A stretch of 62,997 bases of DNA, the filler included. It is 13 parts of 13 records of this genome, joined end to end, with 100 filler letters (N's around TTAATTAATTAA, not from the genome) between each part and the next. Parts side by side here need not be neighbours in the genome. Positions count along the whole stretch, not along the records: positions 1 to 6,324 come from SRR20825010_7042; positions 6,425 to 10,858 come from SRR20825010_7043; positions 10,959 to 14,190 come from SRR20825010_7050; 10 more parts are not named here. One strand, written 5' to 3'. This document shows, in pieces, positions 1 to 11,246 of this stretch (within the stretch, counting starts at the first letter, position 1; every line of letters starts with the position of its first letter). The notes beneath the pieces are model-generated. The model saw only the letters and a list, made by a program, of their open reading frames with translations. It had not been told where the DNA came from and made no database searches. Position numbers and translations under genes: made by a program.

Positions 1-641
1 CGATTGACGCTTTCCTTGGTCATCATGGCGATCGGTAAGGATTTCTGGGCGATTGTGGCCGCCACCTTCAGCGCCTCGTCCAGTAGATCGGCCACAGGCA
101 CAACACGGCTCACAAGGCCAGAACGCTCGGCCTCCTCGGCATCCATCATCCGGCCTGTCAGACACATATCCATAGCCTTGGACTTGCCCACAAAACGTGT
201 CAGGCGCTGCGAACCACCGGCTCCGGGCATCACACCCAGATTGATTTCAGGCTGGCCGAATTTGGCATTGTCACCACAGATAATGAGATCGCACATCATA
301 GCCAGCTCGCATCCACCGCCCAGCGCATAGCCTGCCACCGCTGCCACAACCGGCTTGCGGGCGCGCGTCACGCGTTCCCAGTTTGCCGTGATGAAGTCTT
401 CCTTATAGACGTCCATATAGGATTTTGGCTGCATTTCCTTGATGTCGGCGCCTGCGGCAAAGGCTTTCTGCGATCCGGTCAGCACAATGCAGTGAATGGC
501 GTCATCTGCCTCAAAGGCATCGACGGCCAGTGTCAGTTCGTCCATCAGCTGCTTGTTCAGCGCATTAAGCGCATCGGGACGGTTCAGCGTGATAAGCCCC
601 ACGGCATCCTTAGTTTCGACGAGAATGTTTTCATAAGCCAT
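1..641 (-). CDS. Enoyl-CoA hydratase (crotonase family), 3' end runs off the window
   Basis: Not in the ORF track. Manual translation from ATG at 641 (GAGG RBS upstream) gives [36 protein letters not shown]..., a typical crotonase N-terminus. Usual position downstream of mutM in alphaproteobacteria. Confidence 0.9.
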   Translation of the reverse strand, partial: MAYENILVETKDAVGLITLNRPDALNALNKQLMDELTLAVDAFEADDAIHCIVLTGSQKAFAAGADIKEMQPKSYMDVYKEDFITANWERVTRARKPVVAAVAGYALGGGCELAMMCDLIICGDNAKFGQPEINLGVMPGAGGSQRLTRFVGKSKAMDMCLTGRMMDAEEAERSGLVSRVVPVADLLDEALKVAATIAQKSLPIAMMTKESVN

Positions 642-711
642 GGTATTTCCTCAATGATAGCTCCCGCTTGCGCTTTGGCGCAGACAGGATATTTGAATTC
701 TTGTTGTGGTT

Positions 712-1119
712 TTATTTTGGCTCGATGGAAAAGCGGACCTGCGTCACGCCATCGGATTGCGGCACAATTTCTATTTCCAACCGCTCTGTCTCGCGCTCGA
801 AAATCAGAAGATCATCGATCAGTTCGAGCTTTTTGAGACGCACCCAACCAAGCTGAGGCAGCGTATCAGTATAGAAAAAGCGCACATTTGCAGTGGTCAC
901 GCGCCCTTGCGCGATCGAGCGGACAATCCGGCCATTGGGCTTGTCGAAAACAATCCCGCCCTCACCGGTCTCGCTCAGCCCCTCCATCAGCGGCATGTCT
1001 TCCACGGCATCAAGATAACCAGACGCTTGTTCTTGCGCATAAGACTCGCCCGCAAAACCTGCGCCTGCCAGCCCCAGCAGCATCAGCCCTGCCAATATCC
1101 GTGCCGTCACATTCATCAT
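712..1119 (-). CDS. Hypothetical exported protein
   Basis: 135-aa ORF with a signal-peptide-like N-terminus (ARILAGLMLLGLAGAGFA), co-oriented between mutM and the hydratase. Confidence 0.7.
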   Translation of the reverse strand: MMNVTARILAGLMLLGLAGAGFAGESYAQEQASGYLDAVEDMPLMEGLSETGEGGIVFDKPNGRIVRSIAQGRVTTANVRFFYTDTLPQLGWVRLKKLELIDDLLIFERETERLEIEIVPQSDGVTQVRFSIEPK

Positions 1120-1180
1120 GTCAAACTTCCCAGCCCTGGCTTGCGTACAGGCAGACCGCCGCGAACGTTACCCTAATCCC

Positions 1181-2062
1181 TTACCTCTGACATTTGGGAC
1201 AATAGAATGTCGAGCGCCCGCTCTGCACGATGCGCCTCACCGTAGCGCCGCAGTCCGGCTTTGAACAGGTCTCGCCTTCACGATCATAGACCTGGAACCT
1301 GTGCTGGAAATATCCAAGCTCGCCATCCGTCTGGGCATAATCGCGCAAAGTGGAACCGCCCGCCTCGATGGCCTCGCTCAAAACGTCGCGTATCTCTCGT
1401 GTCAGACGCTCAATTCTCTCCCGCCCGATGCTGGCCGCGCTGCGCTTGGGTGAAATTCCGGAGCGGAACAGCGCCTCGCAGACATAGATATTGCCCAACC
1501 CCGCCACATTATGCTGGTCCAGCAATGCCGATTTGACGGGTGTCTTGCGGCCTTTGAACGCTTCCGCCAGCACCTCGGCGGAAAACGCATTGCCCAAAGG
1601 TTCCGGCCCGATCTTTGCCAAATGGCGACTTGTCTCCAACTCGCTTTCTGCCAGCAGATCCATATAGCCGAAGCGGCGATGATCGCAGTAAACGATGCGC
1701 GTCCCGTCCTCCATGTCGAACACGATATGATCGTGCTTGCCCGTTCCCACACCGTTTTCAATATGGAGGTCATGATGGAACTGGCCGGGCCGCAAGGGCG
1801 TCCCATGCGGAGGATGGATCGTAAAACGCCCCGACATGCCCAGATGAATCAGCAGCGCCTCGCCGCCTTCCAGATGCGCCAATATATATTTGGCCCGCCG
1901 TGTCAGATTGATCACGCGCCGCCCCGTCAGCCTGGCGGCAAAATTCTCCGGCAGCGGAAACCGCAGATCGGCGCGATTGGCGGTTGCCCGCCTTATCACG
2001 CGGCCTTCCAGCGCAGGGGAGAGGCCGCGACGGACCGTTTCGACTTCAGGCAATTCAGGCAT
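1181..2062 (-). CDS. mutM: Formamidopyrimidine-DNA glycosylase
   Basis: MPELPEVE N-terminus (true start at 2062), HLGMSG, GLGNIY and a C-terminal zinc finger C..C...CPKCQ. Confidence 0.97.
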   Translation of the reverse strand: MPELPEVETVRRGLSPALEGRVIRRATANRADLRFPLPENFAARLTGRRVINLTRRAKYILAHLEGGEALLIHLGMSGRFTIHPPHGTPLRPGQFHHDLHIENGVGTGKHDHIVFDMEDGTRIVYCDHRRFGYMDLLAESELETSRHLAKIGPEPLGNAFSAEVLAEAFKGRKTPVKSALLDQHNVAGLGNIYVCEALFRSGISPKRSAASIGRERIERLTREIRDVLSEAIEAGGSTLRDYAQTDGELGYFQHRFQVYDREGETCSKPDCGATVRRIVQSGRSTFYCPKCQR

Positions 2063-2179
2063 GGGGACTTTCGGGCAATATCGGGACGGCCAAGGGCGAC
2101 ACGCGGGCAAATTGTCGCCATCGGGGCGACAAACCGGCTTCGCGCTTGAGGAAAGTAGCGCCCTTATCGCCCTTCGGCT

Positions 2180-3004
2180 ATGGTCCGGCCAATGAACGGG
2201 CAGGCAGACATGACATCAAACGCTTTCCCTGCCGAAGAGCAGGACACATCCGGCGGGACCACAACGCATTTCGGCTTCAAGACCGTGGCCGAGGGCGAGA
2301 AGGTCAAGCTCGTCCATAATGTGTTCGAGCAAGTCGCCTCGCGCTATGATCTGATGAACGATCTCATGTCTGGCGGTTTGCATCGCGCATGGAAGCTCGC
2401 GCTGATCGACTGGCTCAATCCGCCGCGCAGTGCCCGCAATTACGCCCATATAGATGTGGCCGGCGGCACGGGCGATATCGCCTTTCGCTTGCTCGACCGC
2501 GCCGGTCCCAATGCCCATGTCACGGTTTGCGACATCAACCGGCATATGCTGGGTGTGGGGCGCACACGCGCCGAAGCGCAGCAATATGCGGGACAGGTCG
2601 AATTTGCCTGCGGTGACGCTGAAACCCTACCCTTTCCCGACCGCAGCTTCGACAGTTACACAATCGCCTTCGGCATCCGCAACGTGACGCATATCGAGCG
2701 CGCCCTTGCCGATGCCTATCGCGTGCTGAAGCCCGGCGGGCGCTTTCTCTGCCTGGAATTCTCGCAAGTATCCGTACCCTTCATCGACGCGATCTATGAT
2801 GCCTATTCCTTCAAGGCCATCCCGAAGATCGGTGAATGGGTGACAGGTGACGGTGATCCCTACCAGTATCTCGTCGAGAGCATCCGTAATTTCCCGCCAC
2901 AGGAAAAATTCAAATCCATGATCGAGACCGCAGGTTTCTCCCGCGTCTCCTATCGCAACCTCACCGGCGGCGTCGCGGCCATCCATTCCGGTTGGCGTCT
3001 ATGA
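2180..3004 (+). CDS. ubiE: Ubiquinone/menaquinone C-methyltransferase (start may be 2210)
   Basis: [34 protein letters not shown] motifs. Confidence 0.95.
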   Translation: MVRPMNGQADMTSNAFPAEEQDTSGGTTTHFGFKTVAEGEKVKLVHNVFEQVASRYDLMNDLMSGGLHRAWKLALIDWLNPPRSARNYAHIDVAGGTGDIAFRLLDRAGPNAHVTVCDINRHMLGVGRTRAEAQQYAGQVEFACGDAETLPFPDRSFDSYTIAFGIRNVTHIERALADAYRVLKPGGRFLCLEFSQVSVPFIDAIYDAYSFKAIPKIGEWVTGDGDPYQYLVESIRNFPPQEKFKSMIETAGFSRVSYRNLTGGVAAIHSGWRL

Positions 3005-3053
3005 AGGCGCGGGGCGGGCTGGCGTCTGTGAAGCTACGGAGCAAACACGCATA

Positions 3054-4658
3054 ATGTTCCGGTCCCTTGGCCATATGGCACGGCTCATCAAGGCTGGTCG
3101 CACACTTGCCCGTCATGACGCGCTGTTTCCGCTTGAGCTGAAAGGTGAGCTACCGGCAAGCCTGCTCGCGCTTCTCACGCTGGCGAAAATTTCGTTCCCT
3201 TGGGAAAGACGCGCCGAGACCTCTAATCCCGCAAGTCCGTCCGAACGTCTTGCCGCTGCGATGGTTGATCTCGGACCCTCGTATATCAAGCTGGGGCAAT
3301 TTCTCTCGACACGTCCCGATATTATCGGCGCTGAGCTTGCGCAAGGCATGACACAATTACAGGATCGCCTGCCGCCATTCCCGACCGATGAAGCCCGCGC
3401 CATCATCGCAGCTGAGCTTGGTCGCCCGCTTGCCGAAAATTACAGCCGCTTCAATGATGCAATTGCGGCGGCCTCCATTGCGCAAGTGCATCGCGCGCAA
3501 ACCGTGCCGGATGAGACGAATGCAGATGGTCGTGACGTCGCCGTCAAGGTTTTGCGCCCGGATGTAGAGGCGCGCTTTGCAAGCGATCTGGATAGTTTTT
3601 TCTGGGTTGCCGAACTCGTCGAACGCTACAGCGAAAAGGCAAAGCGTCTGCGACCTGTCGAGATCGTGCAGACACTTGCCGACAGCGTTCAGATGGAAAT
3701 GGATTTCCGGCTTGAAGCCGCCGCCATTTCCGAAATGGCTGAAAATGTCTCGCTGGATAAGGGCTTTCGTGTGCCGCTGGTTGATTGGGAACGCACAGCG
3801 CGCCATGTCCTGACGCTCGAATGGGTGGATGGGATTTCTGCCTCCGACCGCGCGGCCCTTGTTGGCGCCGGTCATGACATGAAGGCACTCGGCACGCGCA
3901 TCATACAGGCATTCCTCACCCATGCGCTGCGTGACGGCTTCTTCCATGCCGATATGCATCAGGGCAATCTCTTCGTCGATGCCGACGGCACTTTAGTCGC
4001 TGTCGATTTTGGCATCATGGGCAGGCTCGATGCCAATCAGCGCCGCATGATGGCGGAAATTCTCTATGGCTTCGTCAAACGCGATTATCGCCGCGTCGCC
4101 GAGATGCATTTTCTCGCAGGCTATGTGCCGCCCACAAAAAGCGTCGATGCTTTTGCGCAAGCCTTGCGCTCTGTTGGCGAGCCCATTTTCGGGCGCTCCG
4201 CGCGCGATGTCTCGATGGGTCGTCTGCTTGCCCAGCTTTTTCAGGTCACCGAACAATTCGACATGAAGACGCGACCCGAATTGATCCTGCTGCAAAAGAC
4301 CATGGTCGTCATCGAAGGCGTCGCGCGTCATTTCGATCCCGACCACAATATCTGGGACAGTGCGGAGCCCGTGCTGAAAGACTGGATGTCGAGCCAGTTC
4401 GCACCTGAAGCCCGCCTTGAGGAGGTTGCGGAAGGCGCGGTCCAGATCGGACGCCTCGCAGGCAACCTACCTGACTTCCTTGCCCGCGCCGAACGCACGG
4501 CACGTCTGCTGTCTGAAAGCGTAGACGAGCAAGGCATCAAGCTACATCCCAGCTCGGCCGAAAAGCTCCGGCCCAACCAGCGATATTCCTACATGGTGCC
4601 GGCGCTTTGGGCCGCGCTCGGTGCACTTGCCGTGCTGGTAGTGCTGAAGCTGGTTTAG
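3054..4658 (+). CDS. ubiB: Ubiquinone biosynthesis protein kinase-like UbiB
   Basis: LGPSYIKLGQ, AAASIAQVH, VAVKV, FFHADMHQGN and DFG motifs; follows ubiE. Confidence 0.95.
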   Translation: MFRSLGHMARLIKAGRTLARHDALFPLELKGELPASLLALLTLAKISFPWERRAETSNPASPSERLAAAMVDLGPSYIKLGQFLSTRPDIIGAELAQGMTQLQDRLPPFPTDEARAIIAAELGRPLAENYSRFNDAIAAASIAQVHRAQTVPDETNADGRDVAVKVLRPDVEARFASDLDSFFWVAELVERYSEKAKRLRPVEIVQTLADSVQMEMDFRLEAAAISEMAENVSLDKGFRVPLVDWERTARHVLTLEWVDGISASDRAALVGAGHDMKALGTRIIQAFLTHALRDGFFHADMHQGNLFVDADGTLVAVDFGIMGRLDANQRRMMAEILYGFVKRDYRRVAEMHFLAGYVPPTKSVDAFAQALRSVGEPIFGRSARDVSMGRLLAQLFQVTEQFDMKTRPELILLQKTMVVIEGVARHFDPDHNIWDSAEPVLKDWMSSQFAPEARLEEVAEGAVQIGRLAGNLPDFLARAERTARLLSESVDEQGIKLHPSSAEKLRPNQRYSYMVPALWAALGALAVLVVLKLV

Positions 4659-4788
4659 AATCTTGGCTATCCGCATTTCAGTGCAAAGCGGATGACATTT
4701 TCACGAAACCTTGAAGATAAAAGAATTTATCTCCACATTTGAGACGTAGAACCCTATATTCCCGGTTCCGAACCCGTCCAATGGAGAC

Positions 4789-6030
4789 ATGGACTTGAGT
4801 GACCTCCTGAAAAACCGCCGTATTCTGCTCATCGTGGCCGGTGGCATTGCCGCCTATAAGAGCCTTGAGCTTGTCCGCCGCCTGCGCGAGCGCGGAGCAA
4901 GCGTGCGGGCGGTCCTCACTTCATCAGGGGCAGAGTTTGTCACCCCACTCTCACTCGGCACATTGACCGGCGACAAGGTCTATCAGGACCTTTTCGACCT
5001 CACCGATAATGCCACAATCGGCCATATTGAATTGTCGCGCGATGCCGACCTTCTTGTGGTCGTACCCGCCACCGCCGATTTGCTCGCCAAAATGAGTGCG
5101 GGCCTCGCGAGCGATCTTGCCACCACGCTGCTTCTTGCCACCGACAAGCCAGTTCTCGTCGCGCCCTCTATGAACGTGCGCATGTGGACCCACCGCGCCA
5201 CTCAGCGCAATGTCGAGCAATTGATGGCCGACGGCATTCATTTTGTCGGGCCCAATGATGGCGACATGGCTTGCGGTGAATTCGGTCCGGGCCGTATGGC
5301 CGAACCCGCCGAAATTCTCGCCGCCATCGAAGAGCATTTTTCAGAGCAGGAATTTTCTGGCAATCCGCCGCTTAAAGGCAGGCACATTCTGGTCACCTCC
5401 GGCCCGACACACGAGCCGATTGATCCCGTGCGCTATCTCGCCAACCGCTCGTCAGGCAAGCAAGGTCACGCAATCGCCACGGCGCTCGCCCGCATGGGGG
5501 CCAGCGTCACGCTCGTCTCCGGCCCGACCAATCTGCCCGCACCTGCCGGTGTCACCTTGAAACGTGTCGAGACCGCGCGCGAAATGCTCGCCGCCGTCGA
5601 AGCTGCTTTGCCTGCCGATGTCGCGATCTGCGCTGCTGCCGTTGCCGACTGGCGCGTCGATATTGATGCGACACAGAAAATCAAGAAAGAAGCCGGCGCC
5701 GCCGCACCTGCTTTGTCGCTCGTCGAAAACCCCGACATTCTGGCGACGATTTCCAAATTGAAAGACAAGCGCCCGACGCTTGTTATCGGTTTTGCAGCCG
5801 AAACCGAAAATGTCATCGACCACGCGACCGCCAAACGCGCCCGAAAGGGCTGCGACTGGATTGTCGCAAATGATGTCTCGCCCGCAACCGGCGTCATGGG
5901 CGGTGATTTGAACACCGTCCATCTCATTCGCGCCGATGGTCGCGAGGACTGGCCATTGCTGCCAAAACAGGCGGTCGCCGAGCGCCTTGCCCGAAGCGTG
6001 CTTTCCTATTTTAACCCTGAGAAAAATTGA
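4789..6030 (+). CDS. coaBC: Phosphopantothenoylcysteine decarboxylase/ligase
   Basis: GGIAAYK, PSMNVRM, MACGEFGPGRM, NRSSGKQG and GFAAET motifs. Confidence 0.96.
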   Translation: MDLSDLLKNRRILLIVAGGIAAYKSLELVRRLRERGASVRAVLTSSGAEFVTPLSLGTLTGDKVYQDLFDLTDNATIGHIELSRDADLLVVVPATADLLAKMSAGLASDLATTLLLATDKPVLVAPSMNVRMWTHRATQRNVEQLMADGIHFVGPNDGDMACGEFGPGRMAEPAEILAAIEEHFSEQEFSGNPPLKGRHILVTSGPTHEPIDPVRYLANRSSGKQGHAIATALARMGASVTLVSGPTNLPAPAGVTLKRVETAREMLAAVEAALPADVAICAAAVADWRVDIDATQKIKKEAGAAAPALSLVENPDILATISKLKDKRPTLVIGFAAETENVIDHATAKRARKGCDWIVANDVSPATGVMGGDLNTVHLIRADGREDWPLLPKQAVAERLARSVLSYFNPEKN

Positions 6031-6033
6031 TCC

Positions 6034-6324
6034 ATGAGCTCTGACATTTCCATTGCTGTACAACGCTTGCCACATGGCGCGGATCTTCCGTTGCCGCGCT
6101 ATGAAACAGAAGGCGCGGCAGGTATGGACCTTGTTGCCGCCATTGTTTCTGACGAGCCGCTGGTACTGGCGGTTGGCGCGCGTGTGCTGGTGCCGACAGG
6201 TCTTGCCATCGCATTGCCGCAAGGCTTCGAGGCACAGGTCCGGCCACGTTCGGGACTGGCCGCAAAAAATGGCATCACCGTTCTCAATTCTCCGGGCACC
6301 ATCGACAGCGACTATCGCGGCGAG
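6034..6324 (+). CDS. dut: dUTPase, truncated by the spacer
   Basis: AAGMDL, RPRSGLA and [10 protein letters not shown] motifs. Confidence 0.95.
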
Positions 6325-6424
6325 NNNNNNNNNNNNNNNNNNNNNNNNNNNNNNNNNNNNNNNNNNNNTTAATTAATTAANNNNNNNNNNNNNNNNNNNN
6401 NNNNNNNNNNNNNNNNNNNNNNNN
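6325..6424. other. Artificial contig spacer (1 of 12)
   Basis: 44 N + TTAATTAATTAA + 44 N. Identical copies at 10859-10958, 14191-14290, 17624-17723, 22710-22809, 29193-29292, 33031-33130, 37301-37400, 41955-42054, 49589-49688, 54024-54123 and 59351-59450. Confidence 0.99.
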
Positions 6425-6453
6425 ACAACCAATAATTTGCTAAGATGTTTCAT
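6425..6453 (-). CDS. First codons of a probable OmpA-family exported protein (truncated)
   Basis: ATG at 6453 gives MKHLSKLLV, which resembles Flavobacteriaceae OmpA signal peptides; a Bacteroidota promoter motif lies just upstream. Only 9 codons are visible. Confidence 0.45.
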
Positions 6454-6487
6454 GTTCAATTTTTTAAGTTTAAGTGTTTATTAGCTG

Positions 6488-6495
6488 CAAATGTA
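6488..6495 (-). promoter_or_regulatory. Bacteroidota -7 promoter element (TAnnTTTG)
   Basis: The minus strand reads TACATTTG about 35 nt upstream of the ATG at 6453. Confidence 0.6.
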
Positions 6496-6882
6496 AGTTG
6501 TTAAAAATTATTAACAAAATCATTCTCTTAATTTTTTTAACGTATTTCATAGCAAAAAAGACGCATTTGAACGATATTTCATGCTGTCCCCACCTTGACA
6601 AAAACGGCTATTGAATAGCTCAGGTATAAAAAAGCAAAGCCAATAAGACCTCGTAGGCAACTTCTCGCTTTATCTTTATATGTCAAAGAAAGGATAATCC
6701 GATTAGATAAAAACTTAATGGGGCAACAATTTGGTGGGTTTCCTCCTTAAAATTACCTTATACAAAAGGATGATGGACCAATAATTAAGAATAACCCTAT
6801 CAATTCTACCCCAACTTGCACCCTTCAATGCCCATAGTTCCTCCCATTTACGATCTACGGACCATGACCAAAATACATACTA

Positions 6883-9800
6883 CTAGATAAAGTCTAGCGT
6901 AATATCCTCATTGATATAGATAAGGATTTTGTTTTCAATTTCATATCCAATTGCTTCCAGAGCATCTGCATAGGTATAGATCTGTTCATGGTATACCGGA
7001 TTCCTTTTTCCCGTCTTATAATCTATAATGGTTACTTTCTTATCCTTGATGACCAATCGGTCCGGGCGGAGTACCTTCCCATTTTTGGTAAGGATGTCCT
7101 GTTCATTCTTAATTAGGCTTCCCTTTAAAAAGTAGGCGTATAACTTTGGATGTTCTGCAATGGCTTTTATTCTTTGCTTCATTTCCAAACTATCTTCATG
7201 GGAAAGATCGCCGTTTCTGATAAGCATTTCAATAGCAGTGTCAATATCTTCATTGGTCTCTATGAGCCCCATCACATAATGTAGCAAATTTCCCTTGCTA
7301 AGTGCCGTTCCCCGCTGTGTATCCCAAAGTGCTCCGGCCTTGGTCAGAATCCTGAATTCGGGTCGCTCCTTATAAGTGTATAAATGGGCTATCTTTTCCT
7401 GATGATCGCCATGGCCGGAGGGTTCATCCTGCATTTCAAGATTTCCGAACTGATAACAGGTCTTGGCCTCTTCCCAAAACCCCTTTTCCTTTAAATAGTG
7501 AATAAATAATCCTGAATAATAATTTGGTTTATGCTCTCCCTTTTGGGTAAGGTCTTTCTTGGATATAACATAAAGTCCCTTAACTGCCCTAGTCAAAGCT
7601 ACGTACAACAAGTTAAAGGCATCCAATTCCAATTTATGCTGTTCTTCGTTGTAAATTGTTTCCGCAAGGGGACCATAGCCTGCTACTTCCTGTTTTTTGT
7701 TGATTAGAATTTCCTCAAATCCTTTAAAGGAAATAGGATTAACCGGTAGCCATAGTTTAGCGTCCTTTTCTTCATATATATTGGTATTGGCAAAAGGGAA
7801 GATTACAATAGGAAATTCTAGCCCCTTGGACTTATGTACGGTCATTATCTGAACGGCATCCACATTTTCGGGAGCGGTAATACTTAAACTGTCCTTTTTC
7901 TTATCCCAGTATGCCAAAAAGACCTGGGTATTGGCTCCCTCTTTTTGTTCTACCTCCAAAACAACATCCAAGAAATAGGTTATATAGGCATCCGAGCTGT
8001 CTGCCAAACCAAACTTTTTTATGGCATACTCCAGGCCGTCATAAACCGAGGATTGCCCAATAATATCAACATTAAAGCCGTAGGTCCCCATTAGTAACCA
8101 GGATACCTTATTAATATTGGAGTTAATAAATTGATGCCTGTTTTCCAGTTCCCCGGAAAGAAAACTCAGTATTTCATAACACCTTTCCATTTCCGTGGGC
8201 TGAAGGCTATAATGCAATAAATTAACTAGGAACCTTACCTTGGGGTTGCTATTTAACAATAGAGTTTCCGACGAAATGATGGGGATATTGCTCTGCATTA
8301 GAAAATCTGCCAATAGGATCCCATGTTTCTTCTTACGGGTAAGGATACAAACATCCTTTAGGGAATAGTTCTTTCGCAAAACCTCTTCCAAGGTTTTCAA
8401 AACCAAATTACAGTATTCCCCATCTTCTTCTTGCGATTCCTCAACATCGTTAAAGGAAAGTTGTACCAAACCTCCTTTTTTATGATTGTAATCCTGACTA
8501 TTGCCTTCTACAAACAACTTGTTATATACCGTATTCTCCAAAAAGGGACTGGTAACCGTAAAAAAATCGTTGTTAAATTTTATTACCTCATCATGACTCC
8601 TATAATTGGCAGGAAGATTTGCAGTGGATGGCGGAAAAACAAACGGATTTTCCTTGAGATTGATAAGATTTAGGAACTGTTCGGCCTTACCTCCCCGCCA
8701 GCGGTATATGGCCTGTTTGGCATCACCAACCAAAAGCAAGGAACCTATTTTTCCTTGATCGTCCTGACTCTCCAATGCATTGCCTATTAAAGGTATTAGG
8801 TTGTTCCATTGCATTTCTGAAGTGTCCTGAAATTCATCCACAAAATAATGGCGGTACTTTTCCCCAATACGTTCATAAATAAAAGGTGCTGGCTGATCTT
8901 TTATTTCTTTGGAAATAATACTATTGAAAGAAGAGATTGGCAGAAGGTCGCGCTCCCGCTCCAATGTTTTAATTTCCTGTTGGATGGCACTTAGGACCGT
9001 AAGGGGAACAATATTGTTGTACCCATTTTTAACTAAGGACAAGGCACTGTAGTGCTCCTTAATCTCATTGAACAAACCAATAAACCTAGGGTGTAGACCG
9101 TCCAGAATATCTTTAATTCCTTGAGGGCAGGTTTTGATATATAAAGGCTCGGTTTCAAAATTTTGTTTCCAACCGGCATTGAAATCCATATTTAAATCTC
9201 CCGAGGCGATTTTGGCAACAAATTTTGGAAAGTAGCTGGATTTAAAATTATTGAATTCCAAATCATTATCATCAATGATATTGAGTATTTCCGTTGCCCA
9301 AGCCACAATCTTAGTTTCGTGGGACTGTATTTGAAGTACCAATACCTTTTTTAAATCCAAGAAATCATCGATACCCTTTTGTTCTAGCTTTTTAAGGTGG
9401 GGAACCTGATTTTCATTGAACAATAAAAACCCTATCTTTTGAAGATCCAAAGCTATATCCCAACTTTTATCATCATCTATTTTTTCCAAGGCAAAATCTA
9501 TCAACACTTTGGTCAATTGTGTATCGGCACCTGCCTTATTGATCAGTTTGGCAATGGCCTCATCCAACAATAATTTGGTATCCAGCACCACCTCAAAATT
9601 TTGTGGCAATTTTAGATCTTTAGCAAATGTCCTAATAAGCCTATGGGTAAATTTATCAATGGTGGAGACATCAAAAAAAGCATAATTGTGAAGAATTTCC
9701 TTCAGTACTTTTTTGGATCTAATTCGCAGCGTTCCTATATCTATTCCCAACTCTTGGGAAATATCGGCCAACATGGATGGAATTTCATGACTATCGGATA

Positions 9801-10002
9801 TTTTGCCAAAGGCAAATAGACTGCCCAGAATTCGTTGTTTCATTTCGTTTACCGCCTTATTGGTAAACGTAATGGCCAGAATACTGCGATAGTTCCTATT
9901 AAAATCTGAAGAAAGGATAATTTTTAAATACTCTTTTGCAAGCGTATAGGTCTTACCAGACCCAGCAGAGGCGTTATAGATTTTGTATGGAGCGTCCTGC
10001 AC
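6883..10002 (-). CDS. UvrD/AddA-type ATP-dependent helicase-nuclease
   Basis: ASAGSGKT Walker A, DEFQD, GDAKQAIYRWRG, TVHKSKGLEF, YVALTRA, and a C-terminal PD-(D/E)xK nuclease (RPDRL...IDYKTG). GTG start. Confidence 0.92.
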   Translation of the reverse strand: MQDAPYKIYNASAGSGKTYTLAKEYLKIILSSDFNRNYRSILAITFTNKAVNEMKQRILGSLFAFGKISDSHEIPSMLADISQELGIDIGTLRIRSKKVLKEILHNYAFFDVSTIDKFTHRLIRTFAKDLKLPQNFEVVLDTKLLLDEAIAKLINKAGADTQLTKVLIDFALEKIDDDKSWDIALDLQKIGFLLFNENQVPHLKKLEQKGIDDFLDLKKVLVLQIQSHETKIVAWATEILNIIDDNDLEFNNFKSSYFPKFVAKIASGDLNMDFNAGWKQNFETEPLYIKTCPQGIKDILDGLHPRFIGLFNEIKEHYSALSLVKNGYNNIVPLTVLSAIQQEIKTLERERDLLPISSFNSIISKEIKDQPAPFIYERIGEKYRHYFVDEFQDTSEMQWNNLIPLIGNALESQDDQGKIGSLLLVGDAKQAIYRWRGGKAEQFLNLINLKENPFVFPPSTANLPANYRSHDEVIKFNNDFFTVTSPFLENTVYNKLFVEGNSQDYNHKKGGLVQLSFNDVEESQEEDGEYCNLVLKTLEEVLRKNYSLKDVCILTRKKKHGILLADFLMQSNIPIISSETLLLNSNPKVRFLVNLLHYSLQPTEMERCYEILSFLSGELENRHQFINSNINKVSWLLMGTYGFNVDIIGQSSVYDGLEYAIKKFGLADSSDAYITYFLDVVLEVEQKEGANTQVFLAYWDKKKDSLSITAPENVDAVQIMTVHKSKGLEFPIVIFPFANTNIYEEKDAKLWLPVNPISFKGFEEILINKKQEVAGYGPLAETIYNEEQHKLELDAFNLLYVALTRAVKGLYVISKKDLTQKGEHKPNYYSGLFIHYLKEKGFWEEAKTCYQFGNLEMQDEPSGHGDHQEKIAHLYTYKERPEFRILTKAGALWDTQRGTALSKGNLLHYVMGLIETNEDIDTAIEMLIRNGDLSHEDSLEMKQRIKAIAEHPKLYAYFLKGSLIKNEQDILTKNGKVLRPDRLVIKDKKVTIIDYKTGKRNPVYHEQIYTYADALEAIGYEIENKILIYINEDITLDFI

Positions 10003-10077
10003 AGTATTTTAGTCGCAAAATAAGCAATATTAAACAGTTCTTAACAAATTATTAGTTGAATTTCTATGATAAAACCG

Positions 10078-10085
10078 TAATTTTG
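10078..10085 (+). promoter_or_regulatory. Bacteroidota -7 promoter element for sod
   Basis: TAATTTTG matches TAnnTTTG and lies 36 nt before the sod ATG. Confidence 0.6.
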
Positions 10086-10121
10086 GGAAACAACATTTTT
10101 TAACATAAAAACGAAAACATT

Positions 10122-10730
10122 ATGGCTTTTGAATTACCTAAATTACCTTATGCGTACGACGCTTTGGAACCACATATTGATGCCAGAACCATGGAAATAC
10201 ATCACACCAAGCATCACAATGGGTATACTACCAATTTAAATAACGCTATTGAAGGAACGGATTTGGCAAAAAAATCCATTATGGATATTTTGACCAACTT
10301 GGACATGTCCAATGCCGCCGTAAGAAACAACGGAGGGGGCTTCTATAACCACTCTTTGTTTTGGGAAATAATGTCTCCAGATGGTGGTGGAGAGCCTTCT
10401 GGCGAGCTTGCCGATGCCATTAAAACTGCTTTTGGTTCTTTCGAATCATTTAAGGATGCTTTTTCCAAAGCGGCAGCAACAAGATTCGGCTCTGGTTGGG
10501 CTTGGTTATGTGTACATAAAGGAGGGAAACTGGAAATATGCTCAACTCCAAACCAGGACAATCCAATTATGCCTGGAACTGGATGTGGTGGAACTCCAAT
10601 TTTGGGCTTGGACGTATGGGAACATGCCTATTACCTAAATTATCAGAATAGAAGACCAGACTACATCAATGCATTTTTTAATGTGGTTAACTGGGATAAA
10701 GTAGCCGCTTCCTATAAGGCCAATAAATAA
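10122..10730 (+). CDS. sodA: Fe/Mn superoxide dismutase (Mn-type-like NNGGG)
   Basis: [24 protein letters not shown] and DVWEHAYY motifs. Confidence 0.95.
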   Translation: MAFELPKLPYAYDALEPHIDARTMEIHHTKHHNGYTTNLNNAIEGTDLAKKSIMDILTNLDMSNAAVRNNGGGFYNHSLFWEIMSPDGGGEPSGELADAIKTAFGSFESFKDAFSKAAATRFGSGWAWLCVHKGGKLEICSTPNQDNPIMPGTGCGGTPILGLDVWEHAYYLNYQNRRPDYINAFFNVVNWDKVAASYKANK

Positions 10731-10958
10731 GAGTTAGAATTAACGGGGATTTGAAAAATTCTTGGTCAACAAGCAATGTCTTGGTTTGGCACTAAGGTTA
10801 ATTATCTATTGCTTTTTTAAAGCAGTCCTTGGAATAAAAGGTATTAAACCTCAGGGCANNNNNNNNNNNNNNNNNNNNNNNNNNNNNNNNNNNNNNNNNN
10901 NNTTAATTAATTAANNNNNNNNNNNNNNNNNNNNNNNNNNNNNNNNNNNNNNNNNNNN

Positions 10959-11234
10959 CGAGTGAAGCGCGCCGACCGGACGCCCCACTGCAAGCGGGAC
11001 CAGAAAATAGAACCAGAAGATCACCAGGATCAGCGGTATTGCGCGGAAGCCGTTGACATAAAGGGCGGCAAGGGCGCTGACCAACCGAATGTTCGATAGT
11101 CTCAGAATGGCAAGAACCAGTCCCAGCAGCAGGCCGCCAGCCATGGCGATCCCCGTCAACATGAAGCTCATCATCAGGCCGCTTGCAAGAAACGGCAGTG
11201 CGCCTGCTATAACGGAGAAATCGAATTCTGACAT
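10959..11234 (-). CDS. Polar amino acid ABC permease (GltK-like), truncated
   Basis: Hydrophobic N-terminus with FRAIPLILVIFWFYF. Confidence 0.88.
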
Positions 11235-11246
11235 TGTGTCGCTTTC

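Noticed and set aside
6369..6380. TTAATTAATTAA recurring 12 times as a possible biological repeat or array
   Set aside because: Always centred in 44+44 N; it is a synthetic six-frame-stop linker.
6454..6882. 430-nt intergenic region as an ncRNA or gene remnant
   Set aside because: Apart from a promoter motif, I found no convincing structure or protein similarity.
6883..10002. Helicase-nuclease as a defence system
   Set aside because: The architecture and its position next to sod fit the housekeeping AddA-like repair enzyme; no defence partners are nearby.
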